From contig JAAOMT010000470.1 of the NCBI GenBank assembly GCA_016748015.1, positions 253,964 to 317,963 on the forward strand: a DNA stretch of 64,000 nucleotides, read 5' to 3'. Under the pieces are notes generated by a model. It saw only the letters and a list, made by a program, of their open reading frames with translations. It did not search any database and was not told the origin of the DNA. This stretch comes from Geosiphon pyriformis uo1 (taxonomy: Eukaryota; Fungi; Glomeromycota). Each line of letters begins with the position of its first letter. The first letter of the stretch is position 1. Shown here one piece after another: positions 62,801-64,000 of the stretch. The translations under genes and the position numbers were made by a program.

Positions 62801-64000
62801 ATGCTTGGTTGATTGCTAATGAAAGTAAAGCTTTTGAAGTTTGAAACATGTTGAATAATGGTGTCAGCAGCACAGAAATTTTTGTTTGTCTGTCCAGATT
62901 TAGGAAAAGTTACTGTTGTTTCAAGATACATGAGTTTAAAGCTGCTGAAGCTGCTGCGATTAAGCATGCTATTGATAAAAGAATGGAAAATTTTTGCATG
63001 AACAAAAACCATATGATCAAAAGTATTTTGGATAATTCTTTTTGCAAAGTGGTTCTTAACCATTTGGTGGTGGATAATAAATTAGTTTTAGATCCTGGTG
63101 AAGTTAAATCCAAAGTTGATGTGATAATAGAAGGGTAGACCAGAAAGTGGTTAGTGTCTACATCTTTTTTTGCTTCTTGGACTCATCAGTATGCTTTTTT
63201 GCAATATGTAGATAATGATGCTTTCTCTAGTGTTATGGATGTTATTGGTTTTGATAAGCTTTTTTAGATTGTCAAACATTTACTGGATAAGAAGACTATT
63301 GGTCTTAATGGTATTTTTAATGAATTGTGGAAACATTGTGATAAGGTCATTCTCAAAAGCTTGTTGGATCTCCTAAATTTGTGTCTAAGATTAAACAAGA
63401 TTCCAGTTTTGTGGAAAAGAGTGTGGGTCTCTATAATACCTAAACCTTATGATTGGGATGGTGTCTTAATGAACACTTGTTCTATTGCTCTGCTGGAAAC
63501 TGCTTGCAAAATTCTTTCTAAAATCCTCTTAAATCAGATTTCTCTTGTTTGTAGTAAGTTTGGGGTGTTGCATGGGGATAATTTTTCTATTTTTCATGGT
63601 ACTTTTACACAGTCTTCTATTTTTGCTGTTGGTTCAGTAGTAGAAGATGCTTTAGAAAAAAGCAGAAAGGTTTGGTTAGTTTTGCAAAATATGTGTAAGA
63701 CATATGATTCAGTTGGCTGGCACTATTTGGAAACTAGTTTGCGATACATCAAAATATGTGACAAATTCATTAGGTTTTTTGGTGGAAATTTATAAAGATA
63801 GATTGAACCATGTTATAACAAATTTTGGTCTTTTGGATGGTTACTAGGTGCTGAATAATTTTGATTAAGGAGAGGTGTTTTTTCTCTTCCTTTGGCAGAT
63901 CTTCTATGACTCTTTATTGTGTGAAATTAAAAGACAAGAGAGTATATGTGGCTACTAAATTGATACCAAATTTGTGGCCAAATCAAGCAGAATAAACAAT
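59875..64000 (+). mobile_element. LINE 5' portion: ORF1 (CCHC knuckle) and ORF2 (APE + RT start), runs off the window
   Basis: CAKCKKIGHTLLDC, FATCNVRGI, TETKL, GGNFN, IDYIF, TNHKAV, IIPKP, LQNMCKTYDSV. Confidence 0.92.

Overview
Eukaryotic, very AT-rich, transposon-dense fungal DNA. The protein families and degenerate elements look Glomeromycotina, possibly Geosiphon-like; this is inference from recognisable families, not a database result. About 85% of the window is nested, C->T/G->A hypermutated, CpG-depleted retroelements: at least three Ty3/Gypsy LTR families (a dUTPase is visible in two of them and an extra ORF in the env position in all three), several APE-RT-RNaseH LINEs, and a Tc1 element. 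An ~8.65 kb inversion (22616-31264) can be reconstructed at base resolution. Two CpG-retaining islands stand out (about 10126-11860 and 48488-57423). Each holds a copy of an intron-containing, putative PD-(D/E)XK nuclease-like gene interrupted by an identical 75-bp array (55-nt constant + 20-nt alternating segment) next to an assembly gap. The larger island also holds an intronless Polinton/adintovirus-like module: an A32-type packaging ATPase and an rve integrase apparently fused to a Zn-ribbon and a PD-(D/E)XK endonuclease, cut off at its 5' end by the Tc1 insertion. No housekeeping genes, tRNA/rRNA genes or true CRISPR-Cas locus were seen.
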